Of a stretch of 32,813 nt of DNA, positions 25,177 to 32,647 are shown one piece after another. Source of the DNA: an uncultured Gammaproteobacteria bacterium (GTDB lineage Bacteria > Patescibacteriota > Microgenomatia > UBA12405); contig CAYUUU010000002.1 in the NCBI GenBank assembly GCA_964448065.1, positions 1-32,813 of the forward strand. Reading direction: 5' to 3'. The notes below the pieces were generated by a model. The model was given only the letters and a program-made list of their open reading frames with translations. It did not search any database and was not told the DNA's origin. The position numbers and the translations under genes were made by a program. Positions within the stretch are counted from its first letter, which is position 1, and each line of letters starts with the position of its first letter.

Positions 25177-26211
25177 ATGATTCATTTATATCTAGGTTTA
25201 CTTTTATTTTCCTTTTTGCTTACCAGCATTTTAGTTGTTCCTTTTATTAATCTTCTTTACAAATTAAAATTTCAACGTCAAAAACAAAAAACTATCGATT
25301 TTCAAAATAAAAGAACTCCTATTTTTGATAAATTTCACAACTCTAAATCTGGAACTCCAGTTGGAGGTGGATTGTTAATTATTGTTTCAGTCTGTGTTTT
25401 ATTTTTATTTTTAATTCCATTATTCAGAGCTGCAAAAATTTTTATTTCTTCAAATTACAGAATCGATTTAGAAATTAGAATTTTATTTTTTACTTTTATT
25501 AGTTTTGGATTATTAGGTTTATACGATGATGTTTATAAATTTTTTGGTTTCAAAAAAACAGGTTTTTTTGGATTAAAAATGATTCATAAACTTATTCTTC
25601 AATTGGTAATTTCTATAGTTATTTCTTTGATGATTTATTTCCAATTAGGAATTAATTTTATTTATTTGCCATTTTTGGGAGCTATCAATTTAGGATTATT
25701 ATTTATTCCTGTTTCCACGATTATTATTACTGGATTCGCTAATTTTTTTAACATTACCGATGGACTTGATGGTCTATCTTGCGGACTTTTAATGATTGCT
25801 TTATTTGCTTTTTGGATATTGGCCAGTACCTCAATGGATACCGTTATTTCAACCTTTTTAGCTCTTTGGTTAGGAGCTTTAATAGCTTTTCTGTATTTTA
25901 ATATCTTTCCAGCCAGAATTTGGCTAGGTGATGTTGGTTCACTTTCCTTTGGAGCCACATTTGCTGTTATTGCTATTTTGTTAGGTAAAGTTGTTCCTCT
26001 TATTACTGTTGGTTCACCATTTATTATTGAAGGTCTTAGCAGTGCTATTCAAATGATTAGTAAAAAATATTTTAAAAAGAAAATTTTTCCAGCTGCTCCA
26101 ATTCATTTAACTTTACAACAAATTGGTTGGGAAGAACCAAAAATTGTTTCTAGAGCCTGGTTGGCTGGTATTATTTTATCTATATTTGGTCTATGGTTAG
26201 GATTAAATTAA
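25177..26211 (+). CDS. mraY: Phospho-N-acetylmuramoyl-pentapeptide transferase MraY
   Basis: 344 aa polytopic protein. Motifs GTPVGGG, YDDVYKF, NFFNITDGLDGLS, WLGDVGSLSFGA and PIHLTLQQ.GW.E.KIV. Confidence 0.95.
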   Translation: MIHLYLGLLLFSFLLTSILVVPFINLLYKLKFQRQKQKTIDFQNKRTPIFDKFHNSKSGTPVGGGLLIIVSVCVLFLFLIPLFRAAKIFISSNYRIDLEIRILFFTFISFGLLGLYDDVYKFFGFKKTGFFGLKMIHKLILQLVISIVISLMIYFQLGINFIYLPFLGAINLGLLFIPVSTIIITGFANFFNITDGLDGLSCGLLMIALFAFWILASTSMDTVISTFLALWLGALIAFLYFNIFPARIWLGDVGSLSFGATFAVIAILLGKVVPLITVGSPFIIEGLSSAIQMISKKYFKKKIFPAAPIHLTLQQIGWEEPKIVSRAWLAGIILSIFGLWLGLN

Positions 26212-26759
26212 CAGAATTACAAGAAGAAATCAGTCATTATCTTGGTGTTCCTTATTGGAAAAATAAACTTGATAATGGCAAAATAATTAAAGAAGGTTTT
26301 GAAGGTGGTAAGGGCAATTGTCGACAAATTGCCACCGAAACTATTCGACTTGCTCAAAAACAAAAAATCGATTTGGTGAATTTAACCGAACAAGAATTTT
26401 ATAATTTTCAAAAAAGAAATCATATCGGAATAGACTGTTCCGGACTTGTTTGCCAATTGTTAATTTTTTATGGTCAACTAATTAATAAAAAAATTGAATT
26501 TAACATTCGTCGTACTTCCGCCAATATGTTAACTTCATCTCCTTTAGCCAAAGAAATAAAACTAAAAGATGTTCGAACAGGGGATCTAATTCGCCAAAAA
26601 AATGGCCATCATGTTTTATTTATTATCGACAAAGAAGGGGATGTTATAAATTATGTTGATAGTTCACTTAAAGGCCGAGGAGTTAAATTAGGACAATATA
26701 ATATCAAAGACAAAAATTTTGAAAATGAAGGATTTTTCCGTTTATTTTTCTTCGATTAA
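26193..26759 (+). CDS. NlpC/P60-family cysteine peptidase/amidase, no signal peptide (predicted cytoplasmic)
   Basis: 188 aa. Catalytic Cys motif GIDCSGLVCQLL and His region VRTGDLIRQKNGHHVLFIIDKEGDVINYVDSS (compare E. coli MepS as I recall it: GMDCSGFV...TGDLVLF....GHVGIY....FVHAS). The N-terminus is hydrophilic (MVRIKLTELQEEISHY). It overlaps the mraY stop by 19 nt. Confidence 0.75.
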   Translation: MVRIKLTELQEEISHYLGVPYWKNKLDNGKIIKEGFEGGKGNCRQIATETIRLAQKQKIDLVNLTEQEFYNFQKRNHIGIDCSGLVCQLLIFYGQLINKKIEFNIRRTSANMLTSSPLAKEIKLKDVRTGDLIRQKNGHHVLFIIDKEGDVINYVDSSLKGRGVKLGQYNIKDKNFENEGFFRLFFFD

Positions 26760-26900
26760 TTCTCTGTATTTAAGAGGGCTAAGAGAAATAATCTCTACTT
26801 CAGTTCCACATTCACTACATTCCAAAATATCACCAACCATTAAGTTTTCACTTAATTTAATTTCGCTTTTACAATCTGGACAAATAACTTTTTCATTCAT
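26742..26900 (-). CDS. LysW-like zinc-ribbon protein (putative amino-group carrier protein), absent from the supplied ORF track
   Basis: The reverse complement of 26742..26900 reads ATG...TAA over 52 codons: MNEKVICPDCKSEIKLSENLMVGDILECSECGTEVEIISLSPLKYRELIEEK. CPDC and CSEC are separated by 17 residues. The pattern CPxC..E(I/L).L......G(D/E)(I/L)..C..CG.E(V/L)E(I/V)....PL followed by an acidic tail matches LysW/ArgW carriers as I recall them. The canonical EDWGE end is replaced by ELIEEK. Confidence 0.6.
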   Translation of the reverse strand: MNEKVICPDCKSEIKLSENLMVGDILECSECGTEVEIISLSPLKYRELIEEK

Positions 26901-26925
26901 AATTCAATTAATTTTAATTAACTAG

Positions 26926-26931
26926 TATAAT
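26926..26931 (+). promoter_or_regulatory. Candidate -10 box (TATAAT) 11 nt upstream of the PLP-enzyme ATG, in the divergent 42-nt spacer
   Basis: The sequence actagTATAATttagatattatATG is read directly and shows no Shine-Dalgarno motif. This spacer must also carry the promoter of the minus-strand LysW-like gene if that gene is expressed. Confidence 0.25.
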
Positions 26932-26942
26932 TTAGATATTAT

Positions 26943-27764
26943 ATGCCAAAAACACCATTAGTTAAAATAGACAATTTTTATCTTAAACGAGAAGACTTAA
27001 ATTTAACCGGATCAGCCAAAGACCGAGCTATTATTTTTCAAGTAGAAAATTTAAAAAAACAAGGTTTTAACCAGGCTGTAATTTCCAGTACTGGCAATGC
27101 TGCTATTTCCGCTGCCTATTTTTGTCAAAAAAATAATATTAAATTAACTGTTTTTTTATCTCCTGATGTTAATTTACACAAATTGGAAATCATTAAAAAA
27201 TATTCTCCAGAAATTATTTTTTCCAAGACAGCAATTAGTGACGCTATTAAATTTTCCAAAAATAATCAGGCTTATTTACTTCGACAATCAACCGATAAAA
27301 CTGCTCTAATTGGTTATCAACAAATCGGTAAAGAAATATTGGACCAACTTCCCCAAGTTACCAGTATTTTTATTCCAGTTGGCAGTGGCACAACTTTGTT
27401 AGGAATCAGTCAATCATTACCATCAAATGTTAAAATTTTTGCCGCTCAACCAGCCGTTAACTGTCCTATTTCTAAATTTTTTGATTCAAAATTTATTCCA
27501 GAAACAAAAAATATTACTGACGCTATTACTGTTAAGGCCGTTCCTTTGAAAGATGAAATTATAAAAACTATTAAAACTAGCCAAGGAAATGCCTTTACTA
27601 TTCAAAATCAAGAAATTATCGAGGCTTCAAATAAATTAAAATCAAACAAAATTGAAACCTCTTTAGAAGGAGCACTTGCCCTAGCTGCTTTTTTAAAAGC
27701 CAAAAATCAAAAAACCGATTTTGGTAATTATCCAGTCATTATTCTTACCGGATGTCAAAGATAA
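26943..27764 (+). CDS. Fold-type II (tryptophan-synthase-beta/PALP superfamily) PLP-dependent enzyme, short form
   Basis: 273 aa. The PLP-lysine motif KREDLNLTGSAKDRA compares with NPTGSFKDR in threonine synthase and SVKDR in cysteine synthase. Other motifs are SSTGNAAISAA and the phosphate loop PVGSGTTLLG. Confidence 0.8.
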   Translation: MPKTPLVKIDNFYLKREDLNLTGSAKDRAIIFQVENLKKQGFNQAVISSTGNAAISAAYFCQKNNIKLTVFLSPDVNLHKLEIIKKYSPEIIFSKTAISDAIKFSKNNQAYLLRQSTDKTALIGYQQIGKEILDQLPQVTSIFIPVGSGTTLLGISQSLPSNVKIFAAQPAVNCPISKFFDSKFIPETKNITDAITVKAVPLKDEIIKTIKTSQGNAFTIQNQEIIEASNKLKSNKIETSLEGALALAAFLKAKNQKTDFGNYPVIILTGCQR

Positions 27765-28873
27765 ATTTAACCACTCTTTTAAATAAAAATTTTGTCTTCT
27801 TCTTTTTAGTTGTTGACAATTTTTTGGATATTGAAGTCCCTAAACTTACTAATTTTAAAAAGATTTATCTGTCTGATTATCCATCAATAAAATTAAAAAA
27901 CAGTGGAGCTCTTTTAGCCAATCCAAAAGTAATTCAATACATTAAAGATAATTCTGAATCAAAAATTCCAGTTATTGTTCCTTTCAAACCATCAGCTAAA
28001 ATCGATTTTTTGTGCAAAAAATACGGTTGGTTAAAAGCTAGCAATGATGGTCAAATAAACCGATTTTTAGAAGATAAAATAAAATTTGCTCTACTCTGTA
28101 AAAAATATAATTTGCCAACCATTCCTCAAACAATTGATAAATTTAATCAAAAAAATTTTTCTAAATATCAAAAATTATATGGATCAAAATTGATTATTCA
28201 AACTCATTTTGGTTGGGCTGGAAACAGTACTTATTTATCCTCATCATGGTCAGAAATCTCAAATAAAATTGCTCCAAATGTAATTGTTAAATATTCTCCA
28301 TTAATTGAAAAATCTTACTCTCTTTTAAACAATTGCTGTTTAACCAAATTTGGTCTAATTCAAAGTCCACCAGCTCTTCAATATACTGGATTAAAAGAAT
28401 TAACCAGTAATCCTTTTACCACTGTTGGTCGTCAATGGCCTTCTTGTGCTCCTGTGGAAATAACCAATCAGGTTAAAGAAATAACTCAAAATTTTTCCAA
28501 AATTCTAGAAGAAATTAATTACAAGGGATTTTTTGGTTTAGATTTTTTAGTTAAAGACAATCAAGTTTTTCTTTTGGAATGCAATCCTCGATTAACAGCT
28601 TCTTTTGGTTTTTATACCAACCTTGAATTAATTCAAAAAATTACCCCTCTTTTTTATTTTCATTTAATCGAATTTACTCAAACAGATTACAAAATAGATA
28701 TTGAATCAGAACAAAAAAGATTTTATCTAAATTTTGTTGGCTCTGAAATAACTGCTAAAAATAAACATCAACAAACTATAAAAAAAGTACAATTTTTAAA
28801 ACCGATTTTTGACAACACAAATCTAACCAATTCTTCAATAAATTTATCGAAACTTGCCCATGAAAAAACTTAA
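27752..28873 (+). CDS. ATP-grasp carboxylate-amine ligase, subfamily undetermined
   Basis: 373 aa. Motifs FLEDKIKFALLCKKYNLPTIPQT, KLIIQTHFGWAGNSTY and the Mg/ATP motif YKGFFGLDFLVKDNQVFLLECNPRLTASFG. It overlaps the PLP gene by 13 nt and ftsW by 14 nt. Confidence 0.8.
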   Translation: MSKINLTTLLNKNFVFFFLVVDNFLDIEVPKLTNFKKIYLSDYPSIKLKNSGALLANPKVIQYIKDNSESKIPVIVPFKPSAKIDFLCKKYGWLKASNDGQINRFLEDKIKFALLCKKYNLPTIPQTIDKFNQKNFSKYQKLYGSKLIIQTHFGWAGNSTYLSSSWSEISNKIAPNVIVKYSPLIEKSYSLLNNCCLTKFGLIQSPPALQYTGLKELTSNPFTTVGRQWPSCAPVEITNQVKEITQNFSKILEEINYKGFFGLDFLVKDNQVFLLECNPRLTASFGFYTNLELIQKITPLFYFHLIEFTQTDYKIDIESEQKRFYLNFVGSEITAKNKHQQTIKKVQFLKPIFDNTNLTNSSINLSKLAHEKT

Positions 28874-30035
28874 ATCGCCATTGTTAATATTTTTAATTAG
28901 CTTAATTGTTATTGGTTTTGTTTTTATTTCTATTGCCTCATTAACCGAAGGAAATTCTACTATTGGAGACAAATATTATTTCATTAAAAAACAATCCATT
29001 TGGTTAGTTTTAGGGTTTATTAGTTTTTTTATAAGCTCCAAAATAAAAATAGATTTTATAAAAAAAATTTCTTTTCTACTTTATAGTGCTTCTATTGTTG
29101 GTTTAATTTTAGTGTTAATACCTGGATTTGGAAATGAAGCCTTGGGTGCTAAACGTTGGTTAAATCTTGGATTTACCAGCATTCAACCATCAGAAATATT
29201 AAAACTAACCTCAATTATTTATTTCTCTTATCTCTTTTCCAAAGAAGACAAAAAAAATATAAAAACCCTAGTAATTTATTTAGCTATCCCTTTTATCCTT
29301 ATTATTATTGAACCAAACCTAAGTATGGCCTTATTAATTTCTGTAATTGTTTGTTCCATTTATTATCTTTCTGGGGGCAACATAATTCCACTTTTTTTTA
29401 TTAGTCTTTTTGTTTTAATTATTAGTATTCCTTTAATTTTTTTATCTCCATATCGTTCCGCTCGTTTTAAAACTTTTATTAGTCCGGAACAAAACCAAGA
29501 AGGGTCTTCTTATCATAGTAATCAAATTGTTTTGGCTCTGGCCTCTGGAGGAATGTTTGGTAAAGGTTTTGCCAACTCTGATCAAAAATATAAATTTTTA
29601 CCCAAAATTTCCACTGATTCAATATTGGCTGTTATTGGTGAAGAAATGGGATTTGTTGGACTTTTTGTTATCTTATTAATCTATATTTCTTTAATCAATT
29701 ATCTTTTTAAACTTAGTAAAAATCTTATCGATCCTTTTCAAAGTCTTTTAACTTCAGCCACTGCTTGTTGGATTGCTTATCAAAGCCTAATTAATATAGC
29801 TGCCATTGTTGCTGCTATTCCTTTGACCGGAGTTCCTCTACCTTTTATTTCCTATGGGGGATCTTCTCTTTTAACCCTTTTAACCGCTATGGGGTTAATC
29901 AGAAATATCGAAAAAAATAATCAAAACTTGATATACTCAGATAGTAATAATGAAAATAAAAACTCAAAAAATAATCATCACCGGCACCCATCTGACTCCA
30001 GCCTTGGAACTAATTCGTCAATTACAAGAAGATAA
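28860..30035 (+). CDS. ftsW: FtsW/RodA/SpoVE (SEDS) family peptidoglycan polymerase
   Basis: The ATG at 28860 is preferred over the track's TTG at 28854. The protein is polytopic. Motifs GAKRWLNLGFTSIQPSEILK, DSILAVIGEEMGFVG and PLTGVPLPFISYGGSS. It ends in a low-complexity Asn/Ser tail. Confidence 0.9.
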   Translation: MKKLKSPLLIFLISLIVIGFVFISIASLTEGNSTIGDKYYFIKKQSIWLVLGFISFFISSKIKIDFIKKISFLLYSASIVGLILVLIPGFGNEALGAKRWLNLGFTSIQPSEILKLTSIIYFSYLFSKEDKKNIKTLVIYLAIPFILIIIEPNLSMALLISVIVCSIYYLSGGNIIPLFFISLFVLIISIPLIFLSPYRSARFKTFISPEQNQEGSSYHSNQIVLALASGGMFGKGFANSDQKYKFLPKISTDSILAVIGEEMGFVGLFVILLIYISLINYLFKLSKNLIDPFQSLLTSATACWIAYQSLINIAAIVAAIPLTGVPLPFISYGGSSLLTLLTAMGLIRNIEKNNQNLIYSDSNNENKNSKNNHHRHPSDSSLGTNSSITRR

Positions 30036-31047
30036 AAAATATAATTGGGAAATATATTATATTGGTCGTAAAAAAAATTCCAGTGTCGATAATACTGCTT
30101 CAATTGAATCACAAATTATTCCTAATCTAGGGATTAAATTTTTTCCAATTGATTGTGGAAAACTAGATCGTCGTTGGCTTCCAAACACCATAAAGGGAAT
30201 TCCTCAAAGTGTCTCTGGTTTTTTTTCTGCTTTTAAATTAGTTAATAAAATTAAACCAAATATTGTTATTTCTTTTGGAGGATATGTTTCTGTTCCAGTT
30301 ATTATTATTTCTTTTTTTAAAAAAATCCCTAGTATCACCCACGAACAAACTTTAACCAACAGTTTAACCACCAAAATTAATAGCCTTTTTGTTACTAAAG
30401 TAGCTCTATCTTTTAAAAATAACCAGCAAATTAATCAACTTCCCAAAAATAAAGTAGTTATAACCGGAAATTTACTTCGTTATCAATTATTTAACTCCAA
30501 TACCATCTCTATTAAAAATTTCCATACTAAAACTAAAAATTATCCTATTATTTTTATTACCGCCGGAAACCAAGGATCCCATGTTGTTAATCTAATTGTT
30601 AAAAAAATCATTAAAACTTTACCAGAATATTTCTTTGTTCATCAAACTGGTAAAAATGACATTTCTGAATTTAAAAAAATAGAATCAAAACAAAAAAATT
30701 ATCTTTGTTTTGATTATATTAATACTAACGATTTTGGTTATTTGCTTAAAAATAGTAATTTAATTATTAGTCGAGCTGGCGCTAACACTTGTCAAGAAAT
30801 AGTTGCTCTAAATCAAAAGTCAATTTTAATTCCACTTTTAGTTAGTCAACAAGATGAACAAATCTTAAATGCCAAATGGGTAAAATCTCTTAATCCAAAT
30901 GAAACTGAAATTATTTATCAAGACAAATTATCTTCACAACTATTAACCAACGCTATCAAAAAATTAATTGACCAGAAAACAAATAAAAATAAAAAAAATA
31001 TTGAAATTAATTATCAACTTTTAAAACTTGTCCATGAAATTGTTTAA
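29950..31047 (+). CDS. murG: MurG (UDP-GlcNAc:lipid I GlcNAc transferase) with a variant first G-loop
   Basis: 365 aa. IIITGTHLTPALE compares with E. coli GGTGGHVFPGLA. Other motifs are ITAGNQGSHVVN and SRAGANTCQEIVAL...ILIPL...QDEQ..NA. It lies after ftsW and overlaps the ftsW tail by 86 nt. Confidence 0.85.
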   Translation: MKIKTQKIIITGTHLTPALELIRQLQEDKKYNWEIYYIGRKKNSSVDNTASIESQIIPNLGIKFFPIDCGKLDRRWLPNTIKGIPQSVSGFFSAFKLVNKIKPNIVISFGGYVSVPVIIISFFKKIPSITHEQTLTNSLTTKINSLFVTKVALSFKNNQQINQLPKNKVVITGNLLRYQLFNSNTISIKNFHTKTKNYPIIFITAGNQGSHVVNLIVKKIIKTLPEYFFVHQTGKNDISEFKKIESKQKNYLCFDYINTNDFGYLLKNSNLIISRAGANTCQEIVALNQKSILIPLLVSQQDEQILNAKWVKSLNPNETEIIYQDKLSSQLLTNAIKKLIDQKTNKNKKNIEINYQLLKLVHEIV

Positions 31048-31414
31048 GTTTTTGTTACCATTATTATCTTTAGTTTTAATCAGTTATTCAATTTTTTCCC
31101 TAAATCATTCTTTTAAACCAGAAATTACTCCTATTTCTGCTAAAAATGATTTTTATACCAAACTAAACAATTCTTTGAATCAAATTAATCTAGATATTAG
31201 TCAAATTACATTTAGGGATTATCAAAATCAAATAGAATTCTATATAATGGAAGATAACAACACTAGTAAAGTTCTTTTATCTACTCAAAAAGATCCTTAT
31301 TGGCAAATTGCTTCTTTGCAAGAAGTTTTAAAAAAGTCTAAAATTGAAGGGAAAAAACCTTATTTAATCGATCTTAGCATCGATAACCCATATGCAACAT
31401 TCAAAAATAATTAG
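31034..31414 (+). CDS. Minimal FtsQ/DivIB-like bitopic protein (assignment by position only)
   Basis: The ATG at 31034 is preferred over the track's TTG at 31028 and gives 126 aa. It has one TM (LLPLLSLVLISYSIFSL) and a small extracytoplasmic domain. It lies immediately upstream of ftsA and overlaps it. I recognise no sequence motif. Confidence 0.4.
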   Translation: MKLFKFLLPLLSLVLISYSIFSLNHSFKPEITPISAKNDFYTKLNNSLNQINLDISQITFRDYQNQIEFYIMEDNNTSKVLLSTQKDPYWQIASLQEVLKKSKIEGKKPYLIDLSIDNPYATFKNN

Positions 31415-32645
31415 CGGTATAGACATTGGTACTTCAAAAGTTACCACCATAATTGGTCAATATTTTGAAATTGAAAATAGTTTTAATATTATTGCTGTTT
31501 CTTCTATTCCTGCTTTTGGATTCAGAAAAGGTCAAATTATAAATCTCGAACAAGCTTCTCAAACGATTACTAAAAGTATTGAATCTGCTGAAAGAATGGC
31601 TGGATTTCAAATAAATAGTGCCCATATTTCCTTATCTGCCCCTCATATAGAATCTATTAATTCTCGTGGAGTTGTAGCTATTAGTAATCAAAATGGTGAA
31701 ATTAACGCCGAAGATATAGTTCGAGTTACCGAAGCTGCTAAAGCCATCGCTTTACCAACTGGCAAAGAAATAATTCATATTATTCAAAGAAAATTTACTG
31801 TTGATGGTCAAGAGGGGGTTATTGATCCAATTGGAATGAACGGAATTCGACTTGAAGTTGAAGCTCATCTAATTTTAGCTTCCTCTCCAGCTTTAAAAAA
31901 TCTTAAAAAAGCCTTTGAAGATATTGGTATCAGAATTGAAAGTCTAACTTATGCTGGTCTTAGTACTGCCACTACTGCTCTTACCGAAACCGAAAAAGAA
32001 CTAGGAGTTGCCCTGGTTGATATTGGTGGCAGTGTTACCAATATTACTATTTTCTCCGAAGGTTCGCCAATTTTTTCTTCAGTTTTACCTATTGGTGCTA
32101 ATAATATTACCAATGATTTAGCTATTGGTCTCAGATTTTCTATCGAAGATGCTGAAAAAATAAAATTAAAATTAGCCAAAATGTCTGAAAGTAAAAAATT
32201 TGAAGATGAAGTTGAACTTTCTCATTTTGACATTACCAACGATGATAAAAGAAAAATATCTCTTCAGACTGCCATCAACGGTATTGTTAAACCCAGATTA
32301 GAAGAAATTTTTAGTTTAATTTATTCTCAAATTGAAACTAGTGGGTTTCACCAAATTATTCCTTCTGGAATTGTTTTAACCGGCGGTGGAGCTTTAACTG
32401 TAAATGCTAAAGAAATTTGTAGTAAAATAATTCCTCTGCCATTTAGAATCGCCGAACCACCAAAGATGGGTGGTATCGTTGATGATATTTTAAATCCAGC
32501 TTACACTAGCTCTATTGGTTTATTAATGTACAATAAAGACAATATTAGTAAAAAAGGTGCTAATTCTGGAATTAAAAAACCTAAAATATCAATTAATGGT
32601 ATCGTTAATAAAATTAAAGGATTGTTAGAACCAATTCTCCCTTAA
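31392..32645 (+). CDS. ftsA: Cell division protein FtsA (actin-like ATPase)
   Basis: 417 aa. Motifs [38 protein letters not shown] and IVLTGGGAL. Confidence 0.95.
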   Translation: MQHSKIISGIDIGTSKVTTIIGQYFEIENSFNIIAVSSIPAFGFRKGQIINLEQASQTITKSIESAERMAGFQINSAHISLSAPHIESINSRGVVAISNQNGEINAEDIVRVTEAAKAIALPTGKEIIHIIQRKFTVDGQEGVIDPIGMNGIRLEVEAHLILASSPALKNLKKAFEDIGIRIESLTYAGLSTATTALTETEKELGVALVDIGGSVTNITIFSEGSPIFSSVLPIGANNITNDLAIGLRFSIEDAEKIKLKLAKMSESKKFEDEVELSHFDITNDDKRKISLQTAINGIVKPRLEEIFSLIYSQIETSGFHQIIPSGIVLTGGGALTVNAKEICSKIIPLPFRIAEPPKMGGIVDDILNPAYTSSIGLLMYNKDNISKKGANSGIKKPKISINGIVNKIKGLLEPILP

Positions 32646-32647
32646 AT

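Noticed and set aside
26719-26925. Plus-strand 68-aa ORF from the supplied track (MKMKDFSVYFSSINSLYLRG...).
   Set aside because: It is low complexity with no motif, and it lies exactly antisense to a 52-codon ORF. That minus-strand ORF has a clean CxxC...CxxC zinc ribbon and a LysW-like pattern, so it is the better explanation of the open frame.
28854-28859. TTG starts proposed by the track for ftsW (28854) and for the ftsQ-like gene (31028).
   Set aside because: In both cases an ATG lies two codons downstream (28860 and 31034) and yields a typical Lys-rich N-terminus followed by a TM helix. The choice is uncertain but has little effect on any interpretation.
26742-28873. Reading the LysW-like gene plus ATP-grasp as a conventional LysW-mediated lysine/arginine biosynthesis operon.
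   Set aside because: The window has no LysZ (kinase), LysY (reductase), LysJ (aminotransferase) or LysK (hydrolase) homologues. The carrier lacks the EDWGE terminus, and the genes are embedded in the dcw operon. A classical AAA-pathway assignment is therefore not justified.
1292-32179. Thirteen minus-strand ORFs of 60-98 aa in the track (for example 1292..1477, 7102..7365, 19045..19338, 25662..25958, 31949..32179).
   Set aside because: All lie nested antisense inside strongly supported plus-strand genes, and their translations are low complexity and rich in Ile/Phe/Asn/Lys. They are the expected chance antisense frames within real genes.
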